DNA from: Marsupella aquatica
Lineage: Eukaryota; Plantae; Marchantiophyta
Assembly: GCA_973895155.1 (NCBI GenBank)
Contig: OZ316891.1
Span: forward strand, 21,331,280 to 21,395,279
Direction: 5' to 3'
DNA length: 64,000 nucleotides
Made by a program: the position numbers and the translations under genes. The notes under the pieces were generated by a model. The model saw only the letters and a program-made list of their open reading frames with translations, was not told the DNA's origin and made no database searches. Within the stretch, counting starts at the first letter, position 1, and each line of letters begins with the position of its first letter. Below are positions 1 to 12,486 of the stretch, piece after piece.

Positions 1-719
1 TTCGCAGTCATAGAGTCTCACTTTGTGACGTGGGATTTGAGTGCAATCTTGGAAATTAATTTCCAATGACGAATCATATTCTACGCATTGCTTTTGACGT
101 GCATGAAGCAACAACATACTTTGTTTTGCCCACGAAGTGATTTGCTGCATTGCTCAAAGTAATGCAAGGAAACGCATCAGTCTCGAGATTCAAGTCATAT
201 ATACAAATTTACTTCATCGATACGTTAGTGTATTAATATCCGTGTGAACAGGCAATATATGAGGGAAATACTGTAGATGTCACAAACCATACATAAAAGT
301 GGCTAATGATGCCTTCAATTAAGAAGAATACTCATTTCTTACACCTTCACATTACACTAATGGCTTCTGAAATGCGTAGATGGTTGAAATCAATCTATCA
401 AACACATGTACGGTACTTAACCATCGCCCACAAGCCAAATACTGGAGTGCTAGGATGGCCAAATAGCTAAAAGTCGTGAACATACATAAGTAAATCTACC
501 ACAGGGACAATCATCGGCTGACTGGCAGACTGAAACGCACCATGTCATGAAATTGCCTGGTCAACTATTATGATGCACGAAATTACGTGAATTACAACAC
601 ATCTATGTGTGCGGAAGGAACACATTTTTCCACAGCATCGCTATGGTACTGATTCAATGTCTTGTGAAGTCAGGTCTAATCTCCGAACCCCAACTCCCGT
701 ACAGTGGCAGACGTGATGT

Positions 720-2866
720 CTAATTGCGACTGGAATTTTGGATCAGTTCAGGTGGAGAATCACGCACCGGTTGATAATAACGCTCAACCCACGGAGCAAG
801 TTGTTGATTATCAGGATCTCTTTCGTGTGTTCTGTAGTATTCTGACCATTTAGACTCAAAAGGTCCTCCAATTAGACCACCATTTTCTGAATCATATATA
901 CACAAGGGAAGGTTTCGCCCTTCTCCGACTTGCCCTCGTTGTCTCTCTTTGGGATAGGCCAAAGGCGCCTGGATGTACCTGTCCACAACGGTCCGTATCG
1001 GTAAGCAATGAAGATACCAGTATATTTAATTTAAATCACAACCTGCGGCAAGAGACTTGCATCTGTATGCCGTTGCTAATCTGGCAGTACCTTATGCCTT
1101 GCAGTGTTGTGTCCCATGCAAGATGGGTATGGCCAAAAATATGACAAGCTGTAGGACTGCCATTTTGTCCATGAATACTTCGTATTCTAGATTCCAGCCA
1201 ATCGGAACCGACCATCTTCGGGAGGTTGGGGTATAGAAGCATTCGCTTCTCAGGACAAAGCTCAAATCTACAACGACACAATCAGAAAATGAGCGCTCTC
1301 GAACGAAATCGCAGGTAGAATCCAGCGATGAAGCTAGTTCAAATTGTAGGTGAGGAGAAATACCATGGAATGAATGTCATGTACTTGTCAAAAGAACTTG
1401 TTCTTCAATTGTTTTGCAGTGAGAAATAGGCAAACCAACCCAAGAAAGAGAAGGGAGAGAGAGAGGGAGAGAAAAATCGTGGATGAAAAAATGACCTGGG
1501 AAGAAAGTGAGAGAAAGTGATAACTTGGCAATCAACCTGCTGAAGGTTCGGGATTCCTTGCAGATTGAGCACATTTAGATCGTCAAAATGCTGAGCTACG
1601 GAATCTGTATGATTGTCTAGAGGCAGAGGCCATTTGCAGGCCGAGAAATCTGTAGCTTTCTGCAACACACTCATCCCAAGGCAAGCGTCAAGTTGGAGCA
1701 TGTAAAGTGACACCGGCTCGATGCTAGTCAGGTCGGATACCACAGGATTTGCCAAATTGCAGGCCTGGGCTTTACAATACATTATAAAATCGTACAGAAC
1801 AGAAGGAGGTTGTTAAGAAGTGACCTTTTCCACAGGAGGTATATTATATCCTTCTATGTCCCTTTCCCGGTCCCAGCTCTGCAACCAATCCAAGTTGTTA
1901 ATCGCACGTGATTGTTGAGATGAAAACCTTGTACATTCGATTTTCGTCCAGACTTGACCATCAGTCTCACGAACTCGAGATGCGGTGACGACTTCAGTCT
2001 TAACAGATTATTGAATTCATGGTGAAGAGAGATAATTGCCTTATGGTACCAGGAAAGCAGGGGAATAATCCAGACGCCATTTATATTTGCCGGGGCGGTT
2101 AGCACACCAAGGGAGTGACAGAAATCTGTGACTGCCTTTAACTTTGCCAACGAATCTTCAACCTGTACATAACCATGGCCAAGTCTCAATAGTCTGGCTC
2201 GAAAGCCTCACATCCGAAAGGAGGAACAGGAGGAAGAACCTCAATTTTGAGTCAAGTCCCATCTAAGAAACTTAGTTAAGAGACGAAAAATCTCTAGTAT
2301 TAGACTTGCCAGAGCCACTGTCGAGAATGGGTGGGACATTCCAACGCAAGAACCGTACATCGTTCTACTTCTTTGCATGATTCAATGTAACAAATCCAGA
2401 GAAGGCACATAATATCTCACATGATCCTCCGTTCGTCTGCACCAGAGTTCGTGATTTCCTGGAACAAAGAACACTTCCCTAAACTTGTCCTTAAACAAAG
2501 TCATACTAATCTGGAAAGTGTCGAGGTTGTCAGTGACATCTCCAGCGCAAATCAAAGTATCCTGTTTGTAGAGGCTCGATGACAGACCCCGAAGCCAGTC
2601 CATGTTGGCCTCATAGTCGGTGTGCACGTCAGAAACGACGAAAACCTTCATTGCGGCTGCAACTGGCTTGCACTGCGGATATGAGTCAGGTTGGATCTGA
2701 ATACGGCATCCGAGTTGCTTTCTACTGGGTCCAAGAACCTTGAGCAGGGGCCCTCTGCTGGCAAAGCTGCTGTTGATTGCTGTGGAGCAAAATTCGGGTA
2801 TCCGATTCCTATGCGGTTCCAATCCAGCAGGGGTCAAGGCTGTCGTCGTCCATCTGCACAATGACC
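720..2866 (-). CDS. Calcineurin-like metallophosphoesterase, multi-exon
   Basis: Exons approx. 2866-2421, 2162-2040, 1878-1825, 1659-1496, 1267-1091, 978-720. Metallophosphoesterase motifs SDVHTD, CAGDV, PGNHE, FSHFLP and FGHTH lie in order. The domain starts at ATG 2651 (MKVFVVSD). An N-terminal extension is possible, so the true start is uncertain. Confidence 0.88.
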
Positions 2867-4554
2867 TGCAAATGTGGCCACTATACACATGAGATTGCAG
2901 ACTTGGGCTTCCTCTTCACCTAGAGACCATGTCGAACACAACAAAAGTAACAGAGCGGATGACAGAGCCTAGCTTACAGGAAGAAGATTTTATTTCCATA
3001 ATCTTAGAAATAAAAATCTAGTGCTCCACAAGAAGAGTAGAGGCCAGGCACAAACATCTGAGACAAAAAAGGGCTCAGAGGACTCGACTGAACTTATAAA
3101 GCAACATCCTGAGCTTTCACCTGTCATTCCCTCAAGATAATCTCCTCGGGATGACATGCCTGCAAGTTTGATTTTATGGAGTTTGCAGTGACCACCCAAC
3201 GTGACTGACGGAACTCTACCTGATATCTGAGAGTAGGATGACAGGCGGGTCATATTCTGGGAGTGTCCAACAGCAATATTGCAATTGGAGAGCGATAGGA
3301 AAATGACTGTGTCCTTTTAATGAGGGTAGCCCTGAGTAGATAATCAAGAAATCATGGCTAGAGAACTGACACATACAATAGTAACAAAGCAACATAGGTC
3401 AAGCAGCAGTCTGACTAATCAATCAACACCGGCATCATCCGAGAATTTAGCCAGATTGAAGTCTGCATTATTTTAATACGATATGGACCTCAATTATGTG
3501 ATGGAATGCTCCTCGCTGGCATTCATAATGTACAGGACACATTTGAACGGATTAAAAGTCCACCTATTCCCAAAGAAACGGCAGCGGACAGAAAGGGCGA
3601 CACTACCAAAGGCCATACGCAGCAGCAGCAGGTACGAATTCTTCAAAAGCACAGACAACGGAAAACCGAGACAGGAGTAGAGAAAAGCAATACAAGAAGC
3701 GTTACATGTAGTGCCGGTGAGTTGAATTTGAAGCTCGGGAGCTCGAAAAATGAAGAATGGCCGACGACAGACTGCGATCAATGTAAACGATCAATTCACT
3801 TCGCTGCACCTAGTCATGCCAAAATTCGACACTGTCTCTCAAAACTCACGACCGCAGAAGAATCGCCAGTGCCCGCAGCGATGCGAAAGAGCAGGAAAAC
3901 ATGCGGTACAGAAGCTAAGATAGATCGACAGACAGGACGAGCTGCAGCTTCTTCTCCGCCGGTGGTGACGACGATCAACTCACTGTCCTCTCCTTCCTCG
4001 CCCTTTGCCTGCAGCAATTCGAAAGGCGGGAGAGCGAGTACTATGTCATGATTGTTGTTGTGAGAACGGCCGAATGCACAACATGAATTCTACGTACTTC
4101 CAAACTTGCAATTCTTCCTCCGCTCTTCGGGAATGTTGCCATTGAGCAGAGAGAGACGAACAAGAGAGAGGAACAAGAGAGACGAACAAGAGAGAGGAAC
4201 AAGAGAGACGATGAGGTTTTTAGTGTCCTTTTCTGTGGGCTCTCTCTTGCCGGCCATATTATAGGCCTCAGCCTATCAAAGGTTGCCAGTGTTTTTAGTG
4301 GCCACAACTTGTCAGATTCCCCCCACTGAAAAGGTTTTGGCGGCTAAAACAACGCTCTTATACCTACCGTTTCCATGAGCCAGTTTCCCACCTAGCCACA
4401 AGCCCCGTTAGCCAGAATCTGATGGTTGTCCTTAAATCTAGCAACATCTAAAGGTCAGAATGAATCTAGAGACACTCGACATTTAATATTCTTAGAATGT
4501 CCTCCTCCAAAGGTGAGCTTCGCCATACTGGCGAAAAAGATAAAAAAAATCGTT

Positions 4555-5165
4555 GTAGGTAGGGCTGTCGATGGTGTTGAGCACAGTCTCGGGGTTAGGA
4601 TTCCAGAGGGAAGCGAAGAAAAATTATTGTCGTCGATACCTGCCATTACTATCGGGGAAGAAGATGCCAAGAATTTCTCTATGCTCTGTTCCGCGACACG
4701 CCTGCTTGATTCGCGCTGCTGCTTATGAACAACTGCAGCAAATTCGCTGCATGTTGAGAGTCTTTCATCATGTGTGTACACTTCAGATTTAGAAGTGCGG
4801 TGGACTAATTCCGTCATGAACCTCAAGGGTAAGATTATTGAGGCAAAGAGTTTGGGTGAAGGCGCAGATTTTGATCGTCTTATTGTAGCGAATGCGCAAG
4901 CCGGAGAATGTATGTGGGATCAATTTTGCGGGGAAGGGAGTAATTTTTTGGTTTCTCGTGGGAGTCGTGGGGTTCTGGGTCCATTTATCCGTGTAATTTT
5001 TCTTGGAGCCCAGAGAGACTGTTGATTCTGTATTGCATGATAGTCGGGTGGATGCGTTATGTTGGGATTTTGGAGCAGCAGACAATACTTCCAGCTCATT
5101 TTTGGGGGTTCACGATTCGGTGGGTTGAAAAGTTCCATCAATTACCATCAATTACAGATAGATAT
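4555..5165 (+). pseudogene. Duplicated, disabled copy of the 5' leader, exon 1 and intron 1 of the DWNN gene at ~12258-12905
   Basis: Shared blocks such as atggtgttgagcacagtctcggggttaggatt (4571 and 12274) and gttgaaaagttccatcaattaccatcaattac. ATG 4770 reads MCVHFRFRSAVD* then, after a ~30-nt deletion, SVMNLKGKIIEAKSLGEGADFD. The intact gene reads MSIHFKFRSAVEYD...SVINLKDKIIEAKNLGKGTDFD. Confidence 0.9.
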
Positions 5166-5466
5166 GAATCAGCACAATCAGGACTTCAATGCTGTCCTGT
5201 ATGTATATTTCTTGTTATCTAATGCAGAGCAGGACACAGGTTTTTCCATAATGTTTTCTATGAAATTCTCATGTGTGATTTTGCAAGGTTTGCTCCCCGT
5301 TCTGAGACACCCTGTAATGTGCAGCAATGTTATGCCCTTCAGTCCGCCATCAATCCTGGGTTCGGAATTGATGGCCAAAATAGATTGCAATTCTGGTAGC
5401 GGACGATACTGCTCGACAGAAACATAAGAGACTTTACCCGAGAAAAGGTTTTCAAAGAAGGCGGTG

Positions 5467-6240
5467 ATGGGTATCCAGTGGGAGTGGGCATGGGCATGTG
5501 CAGCGGGTGCTACTGCTGCCGGTTCCGCTATCATGGCCAAAATCGCCTCTCTGCTGGTATGTATGAGACATGCAGTTCACATCTTTCGTCTTGCCACTCC
5601 ATTTTGTTGATTGTGCTGAAGGATCTGATCAAAGGCGTGGTAATGCTAGCTGACCAGAAGCTGACCAGATTAACCTGTTCTACAGGAGCGATGGGACTAC
5701 AGAGTGGCCTGTTATGCGTTAGTGGTACTCTGTAATGTGATAATGTGGAGCTTGTATGTGCGGAGTTTGAAGGCCTTGACATCCCTGCAAGCAACTGTGG
5801 TGAATTTTGCCAGCAATTTTCTTCTGTCTGGATTAGCAGGGTTTCTCTTATTCAACGAACCAGCACACGTTCAGGTTCCTTTTTCACTTCTTTCTGGCTC
5901 TCTTCGTCTATTGTTCTGCACGCCCTATTGCAGATCTCGAAGGTGAGAACACACACTTGGATTTTTTTTAAAGAAGATTCGAGTCCCGGTCAACTGCGTC
6001 GATTGTGGATCTGCCAGGGACACCACACTTCACGTACCGTCAGGAAATCCTTTTCCTCTTTCATCTTGAGAGTCAGAGTCCCTCCTTTGTTTAATTCCAT
6101 CTCGTCAAATTGAGCCTGACTCGCTGCCTCTATCTGTTCTTTGTCAGTGGTTTCTTGGGGCGGCCTTCATCGTCCTGGGTATATGGTTTGTCAGCAATGC
6201 TAGCAAGGAGATGGCCGATGACATTTCAAAGGAGGATTAG
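5467..6240 (+). CDS. TMEM42-like small multipass membrane protein (EamA/DMT superfamily)
   Basis: Exons 5467-5556, 5686-5874 and 6148-6240 with GT-AG introns. Reads WAWACAAGATAAGSAIMAK...CNVIMWSLYVRSLKALTSLQATVVNFASNFLLSGLAGFLLFNEP...WFLGAAFIVLGIWFVS, the TMEM42 pattern. Confidence 0.85.
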
Positions 6241-7429
6241 AGGACATCATAGATAATCAGCAAAACAATTAACAATAGCGTCGGGAAGTGTGAAGGCAGA
6301 CACGACAGAAACGGCAGCTAGTGAATTCCTCTGCATTGACTGTGAGGTTTTCACAGCAAGGGGGAACTTTTGGTATGAGCCTGCAGTATTGATGTCATTC
6401 TGTTCTATATTATGAAATGATATAGAATTATATCAGATTGTTACATGGCACGGGAAAATAAATCTGACATTCTTGGCCACTGCCAAGAATAGGGTTCGAT
6501 TACCAGCGCCTTTTGGATAGTAAATCAAAGCACCGGTGCTGATTAGTGTCAAGCTTGTCACAATTAAGAAGATGCGTAGAGTCGTTAGCTTATGTGTATT
6601 GTCTGTTGTCTAGGATGTGTGGAAGATGTCCAAAATGACCTTTCCGTTTTTTCACACGAATGCTAAAATTCTCCACAATTTCTTTATGTCAGGCCCGGCC
6701 CGGCCCGGCCAGGCCGAGTGATTTCTAACTAGAGTTCGCTTTGTTGATGCACACAAGGGAGAAGTACCTGGTAGAGGAGCTAAGGTTACAGAGGGCACGT
6801 GCTCATCAGTAGCTCAAAAGTGCATGCGCAATGATATCTTAGCGAGCTTGTCTAACTCCATAGTTGATGCCCAAGTCTTCGTTGAGCTGCATAAAGATGA
6901 ATGGTCTGTTGTGCTGTGGAAAGAGCACCCTGAAACGAAACATACTTTAGATTGATATTTTATATGCTCACATATAAACCTGCTGCGAGTTATCACAGCA
7001 ATTGGGCAAAGGGGGAAAAACCTGCACCCACAAATTTAGGAGAAGAGATTGTTCATGTAATCGTGTCATCTTTTGTTAAAGAAAGCTTGTTCTCGGTCCC
7101 AAACCAATTGACAGCTCCTGAAATGGCAAATGCTAGCGATACATTGAGCAGAAAATTGATCTTATAACATTTTATGAACCGGGTATTTCAAAAAAGCAAT
7201 ACCCAACTTACTGTCAAAATGAACTCGTAGTCCAGAAGATTGATTCATTTTGTGCGTCCTGACTATCAAACCTAGTCAAGCTCCAAATGACATACGTCCT
7301 TACACTCAAAATTCAATCCCCTTAATGTCCACAAAGAACCTTTCTAGTTGCCCATGTTGTGACAGAGCCAGGCTAAGTAGGGTATCACCGTATCAGCCCC
7401 TGCATCTGCCCGTTTGCTGCGTTTCCCAG

Positions 7430-8225
7430 ATTTTTCAATCTTCAACACACTTTGAATCAGACCGCATCAGCTAAGTTTCCCATATTTCTCAATCTCCAAC
7501 ACACTTTGAATCAGACCGCATCAGTTATAGTTCACGTATCTTGTAAACCAAGGATTGTGACATGTTATTGGCTGGATTTGATCCTGATTCAAGGTCTTTC
7601 CCTCAATTGAGGATGATATCGACAACATTGATTTCCTGCTCACTTTCAGAAATTCTTTTGCTTAAGAATCCTGTCGACAATGTAAATTTGCAATCGTTGT
7701 CACGAATTACTGAGTCAAAGACTCAATAAAAAGTACACGAGATTGTAAGATTGTTGTCCATTGAGAGAGTTGACAAATTGTCTAGAAGTGTGAAATACTT
7801 ACTGAGAACCTCGATGGAGTACAGTTCCAAATTTACAATCCATGTCACAAATTCCCAAGTCAAGACTCAACAAAATTACACGAGAAAAATTGCACAGTTG
7901 TTGTCCATTGAGAGAAGAATCTACAAATTATCTTGAAGTCTGAAATCCTTCATGAGAACCTCAATGGAGTGTAGCAACAGTTGCATCATGAAAGCCCTGC
8001 CGGTAATCACACATCAAAAGGTAATATACAGTGCACTCATTGATTTAAAGAAAATAAGGTTTATCAGGTATGGAAGTGATTTCGGCTATGTCATATTTTG
8101 ATGTGCAATTATCATGACCTGAATGGAAGTGCACTCATTGATTTAAAGAAAATAAGGTTTATCAGTATGGAGTGATGTCCTCTATGTCATATTTTGATGT
8201 TCAATTACCATGACCGGAATGAAAG
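7430..8225. repeat. Cluster of short local tandem duplications (~55, ~150 and ~98 bp)
   Basis: caacacactttgaatcagaccgcatcag occurs twice (7443, 7497). gtcaagactcaa...ttgttgtccattgagaga...gagaacctc occurs twice (7713-7820, 7859-7970). agtgcactcattgatttaaagaaaataaggtttatcag occurs twice (8031, 8128). Confidence 0.8.
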
Positions 8226-8865
8226 TCTGTGACTCCAAACCAAGACCTAACAGAGTAGTGAGAGAGTGGGAAGATTCAACAGCTCAAGAACCTCAACGGT
8301 TGATGACTTGATGTCCCAAAAGGAAGGGCAGCCGGTTGATGACTTGATGGCCCAAAGGAAGTTGACTAGTTCATGATTAGGTGGATAACCACGTTTGACT
8401 GAAGGACTCCTATGGACTAAGGAAGGAAGGTGGTACTTATTAGATGGACCAAGCACTATTTCAAACCCATAAATATGAGCATTCATACACAGAAAAGGTT
8501 TCATCTGAGTAAAAAGTAACAAGTTAGGATGGTCCCTGGAAGTTTCAGCAGTCCATCCATCTTGTTGAACGTCTTCTTGTGTAACTTGATGCTCAGATGA
8601 CCATCACACAAGCCTGACTACTACCTGTTCTATGAACAAAAATAGAGGTAAGGATAGGAAAAACCTTGCACAAAAAAAAGTGTGATACAAGAAGGCCTGA
8701 TAACTGCAAACTGATCGGAAAAATCTGTATGGGAGCCAACAAAGCACACAAGAGTCCCAATCAGAGTTTAGAGGAGAGTGGCAGACCTGAGCTCTAGAAC
8801 CTAAGCAACCATGGGCTACCCACCCGCTGGCCCTCAAAACACTAAACCCTTCCCTAGCCACCCCT

Positions 8866-10335
8866 TCATCAGCCAAAGCTTCAATGTCGTCCCATCTTTG
8901 GTGTCCTTGCCATTGTTAAACCTTTGGTGTGCAGTAACACCTTTAGGCCTCTAACGGGTTTCAAACCAACAAGGACCCTTCTTGACAAAATAATATTTCA
9001 TAAACAGACCATGAGAAAGAGACAACAAAAATATTTGTACATTGTAGTGTTTAGATAAATAGATAAATTGCCTGAACCTGAAATTACTCAGGTAACCATT
9101 CAGTCATCACTCCATCTAGCCATTTTTTTTGACAAAATTTTGCCAATCACTTACCTTGAAAATTTGCTGGCTAATGGTAATGGAGTTTAGCTCTCTACTA
9201 TTGGCCACCATTGAATCCCCTGTGTAGGTGCATTCCCCAGAAAATTATCCTACTTTTTCCAGAAGGTATTGTACAATTGACTATCCCTAGTGCATAATTA
9301 CACTAAATGCCTTGCTGCATTTAGGGTTTAGGGTTTAAATTCATCTAGTTTGCGTTGTTTCTGCTCAATTGTACTGAGCCCTTGGAGAGACAAGGGGCCA
9401 GCCGGTGTAGCCCTCTCCCAGAAATCCTGCTCCTCCTCCATTGAATTAAGTGCATCTTCAATCTGCAAGCGCAAATTCAATCTCCACACTTGAAGATGAT
9501 CCATGACAAAAATCCTATGAAATCAGGCAGAGTGCTTTACTTTCATGAAAAGCTTCAAGGGGCACAGCTATGGAGTGTTTAGGGTACCTCAGTTCTTGCT
9601 TGCAGATTTTTCCAGTGTCTCAACAGCCGCAATGTGCTCCTGCATCGGTGAGGGAGTTTGAACCTGGGTTGCTCAGGTTTGAGCATGAGTTAATCATTTT
9701 CAGGCATCTTTTTACAAGGCATGGGTGCAACGCCTATTGTGCACCCGAGCCATATCACGATGCAGGCCTCCAAACGGCTGTGACATATTTCCCTTTGGCA
9801 GGGTTGGCCCACAAAACAGGTTGCAGATGGTCTTATTTAGCTTCTCTTTGCAAATCATCAGCTAGATGTAATTTGTCCAAGCTGTTCTCTATTGGGACAG
9901 TGCCATCAGCCAAAGCTTCAATGTGATCTTATATCTTTGTGTCATTGCCATTGTTGAACCTTTGGTGTGCAGTAACACCATTAGGCCATCTCACGGGAAA
10001 ATTGGCAAAAATGTAACCATAATTAGATCATCACTCCATCTAGCCATTTTTTTGTGGGCAAAAATTTGCCAATCACTTACCTTTAAAATGTGCTGGCTAA
10101 TGGTAATGGGGTTTAGCTCTCTACCAGTGGCCACCATTGAACTAATGGTTATGGGAGTAATTTCAGGTTGAGACAATTTATCTATCCATCTAAACACTAC
10201 AATATAATTTTGTTCTCTCTTTCTCATGGTCTGTTTATGAATGTTTGGCAAGAAGAAACCTTGTTGGTTTGAGGTGCATTGCCCAGAAAGCTACTTTAGC
10301 CAGAAAGTATTGTACAATTTGACTATTCATAGTGC
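8866..10335. repeat. Imperfect dispersed duplication (8866-9315 vs 9905-10335), probably a decayed TE remnant
   Basis: Collinear shared blocks: catcagccaaagcttcaatgt, cctttggtgtgcagtaacac, tcatcactccatctagccattttttt, ctaatggtaatgg.gtttagctctctac and agtgcataattacactaaatgcctt. Confidence 0.7.
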
Positions 10336-10607
10336 ATAATTACACTAAATGCCTTTCCATTCCTACCTTCCTTTTAAACCATCTCTAGCCATGACAATAG
10401 TAATAGTACACTTTTCCTATAATGATGGAGCAAAGTGGCACCTAGAGGAGAAAAATATGAAAAGGGGAGAAGTCTTGGACCCTTCCCCTTCCTTATATAT
10501 GGCGTGGCTGTGTAATGGTAGTTGCCACCTTGGCAAAAAAAATAAAAATTAAAAAAAATGGCTGCCTTTGTGTACATGAAATCCTCCCTTCCCCACCCAA
10601 CGCAGCT

Positions 10608-10812
10608 CACCCCTCCGCTCCCCTCCCCTCCCCTCCCCTCCCCTCCCCTCCCCTCGACTGGATCCCCTGCAAATTAATGGCAAACCACCTGTACCAATTT
10701 TAGCTCCTATCCATCCATTCACTCCGAGGGTCCTCCAGTCGGCCTGCTGCATGGAGCCCGACCCCCTCCCCTCCCCTCCCCTCCCCTCCCCTCCCCACCC
10801 CACCCCACCCCA
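10608..10812. repeat. (CCCTC)n/(CCCCA)n tracts near the probable promoter/TSS of the DWNN gene
   Basis: Two pyrimidine pentamer runs at 10608-10655 and 10762-10812. A strong donor cag|gtgagt follows at ~10876. Confidence 0.7.
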
Positions 10813-12486
10813 CGCGTCCAGGTGGGTCTGCCTTTCGTTTCTCCCGTGCAAATCGCATTCCTTCGCTACGATCAGGTGAGTTGTGTGCTATGGTGTGATG
10901 TGGAGGTGATCTCGATTTGCACTGTACTGTGGAGCGAGTGATCAGTGACTGCTCGCACCAGCTACAGTTCATCACAAGTACTGGATTATAATTGTTGGGT
11001 TTGCTCTGCCACGGGGCTGTGGAAATCTGTGGAAGCTCCGAGGAAGTGAACGAGGGGCGCCGGGCCGGAGGAATGGGAGGAAAGGATTCAAAGCGAAGGA
11101 TTGCTCGCTCTCGGTCGGTTGTTTAATTTATCGCTTGTGGAGATGATGGACGCGCTGCCCTGCTTGACCGCCTACTTCCTGCAGTGATCAGGACGGATTC
11201 GTGATATGAGATCCGTTTGCTTGCGAGGGAATTATCTAATTGCTGTCAGCGCTTACTTGCCGTTGGTATATACACTACTCTCGACGCCACTAAGCTCTGC
11301 TCTGGTCGACTGTTTGCTTGCGAGCTTGGTTGTGGCCCTCGGCGGCGGGTGGTGGTGGTGGTGCTGCTTCTCTCCTTCGCCTCGGTTTTATGTCGTTCGG
11401 TGTTGTTGATTGCGTTTTAGCCCTACCGCTTGCGGAGGGAGGAGGTGAGTGCATTTAGGAAACCTGCCGCGAGGTTTTGGACTTTCAGTGGCTCCAACAG
11501 GGCCTCGGACTGGACTGGACTGGACTGGACTGGAGTTCTCTTAGTGGGTGATTCTGTGGAAGAATGAATGCAGCGCTCTACAGTCTGAAACAAACCTTCG
11601 GCCCTGGGGTTTGATGGCGGTGGGACGAGCCCTTGTGTCACGTTGTGTTCTTTCCGCGCTTTTGTAGGAGGCACGGTATTGTGTGGTTTCTGCTCGTCCC
11701 GCCTCCCTCCCCGTTCGTCCCCGGTGTGGAATTGGCTAGGAGCTTCTTGTGTGGCGGTGTTCTTGCAAGATTCACGACAGACAGTGTTACTCGCCATCCG
11801 CCGCTAAGGAGCAGCTTCTCTCTTGTCGTTGTCGTCGTCATTATTTAGAAAATGTTGTTTTTTTAGGGTTGTGCTGCGTGGGGGAAACGGCAGCGTGACG
11901 ATTCCAAGAAACATACCCGTTTGCGTCTTGTTTTGGAGGATGGTCGTTCCGATGGCCGAGAGCGGCGTGGGAAAAGTTTCTAGCACGGCATGAAGGAGGG
12001 CCTCTGTGAGGCTTTGGCGAGGACAGTGTCTGCGCTGCTTATGGAGCGGTAGCAGCACTGCATTATTGCCGGGACTGGGTTACTGATCATTTTTTTGAAC
12101 GACGTTGCTTGTGTTCGTGTCAGTGGCACTGGAGAATAAATTTCTAGATTAGAATCCTCTTTCTGGTATCGGGCCGGACTGACTGACGGTAGGGCACGGG
12201 GGGATTTAAAGCACTGACATGGGAGGGATCAGCATCAGGAACCTATCGTAGGAACGGGTGGGTAGGGCTGTCCATGGTGTTGAGCACAGTCTCGGGGTTA
12301 GGATTTGAGCGGGTCGGGAAGAAAATTATTGCCGTGGATATGTGTCATTACTATAGGGGAAGAACATGCCGAGAATTTCTTTCTACTCCGTTCCGCGAAG
12401 TGCCGGCTTGATCGCTGCCGCTGATGTACAACTGCGGCATCTTCGCGGCATGACTGCTGCTGCTGCATGTTGAGGAGTCTTTAATC

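Noticed and set aside
3506-4051. 181-aa plus-strand ORF
   Set aside because: No ATG start and no domain; it is antisense to the probable leader/intron of the phosphoesterase gene.
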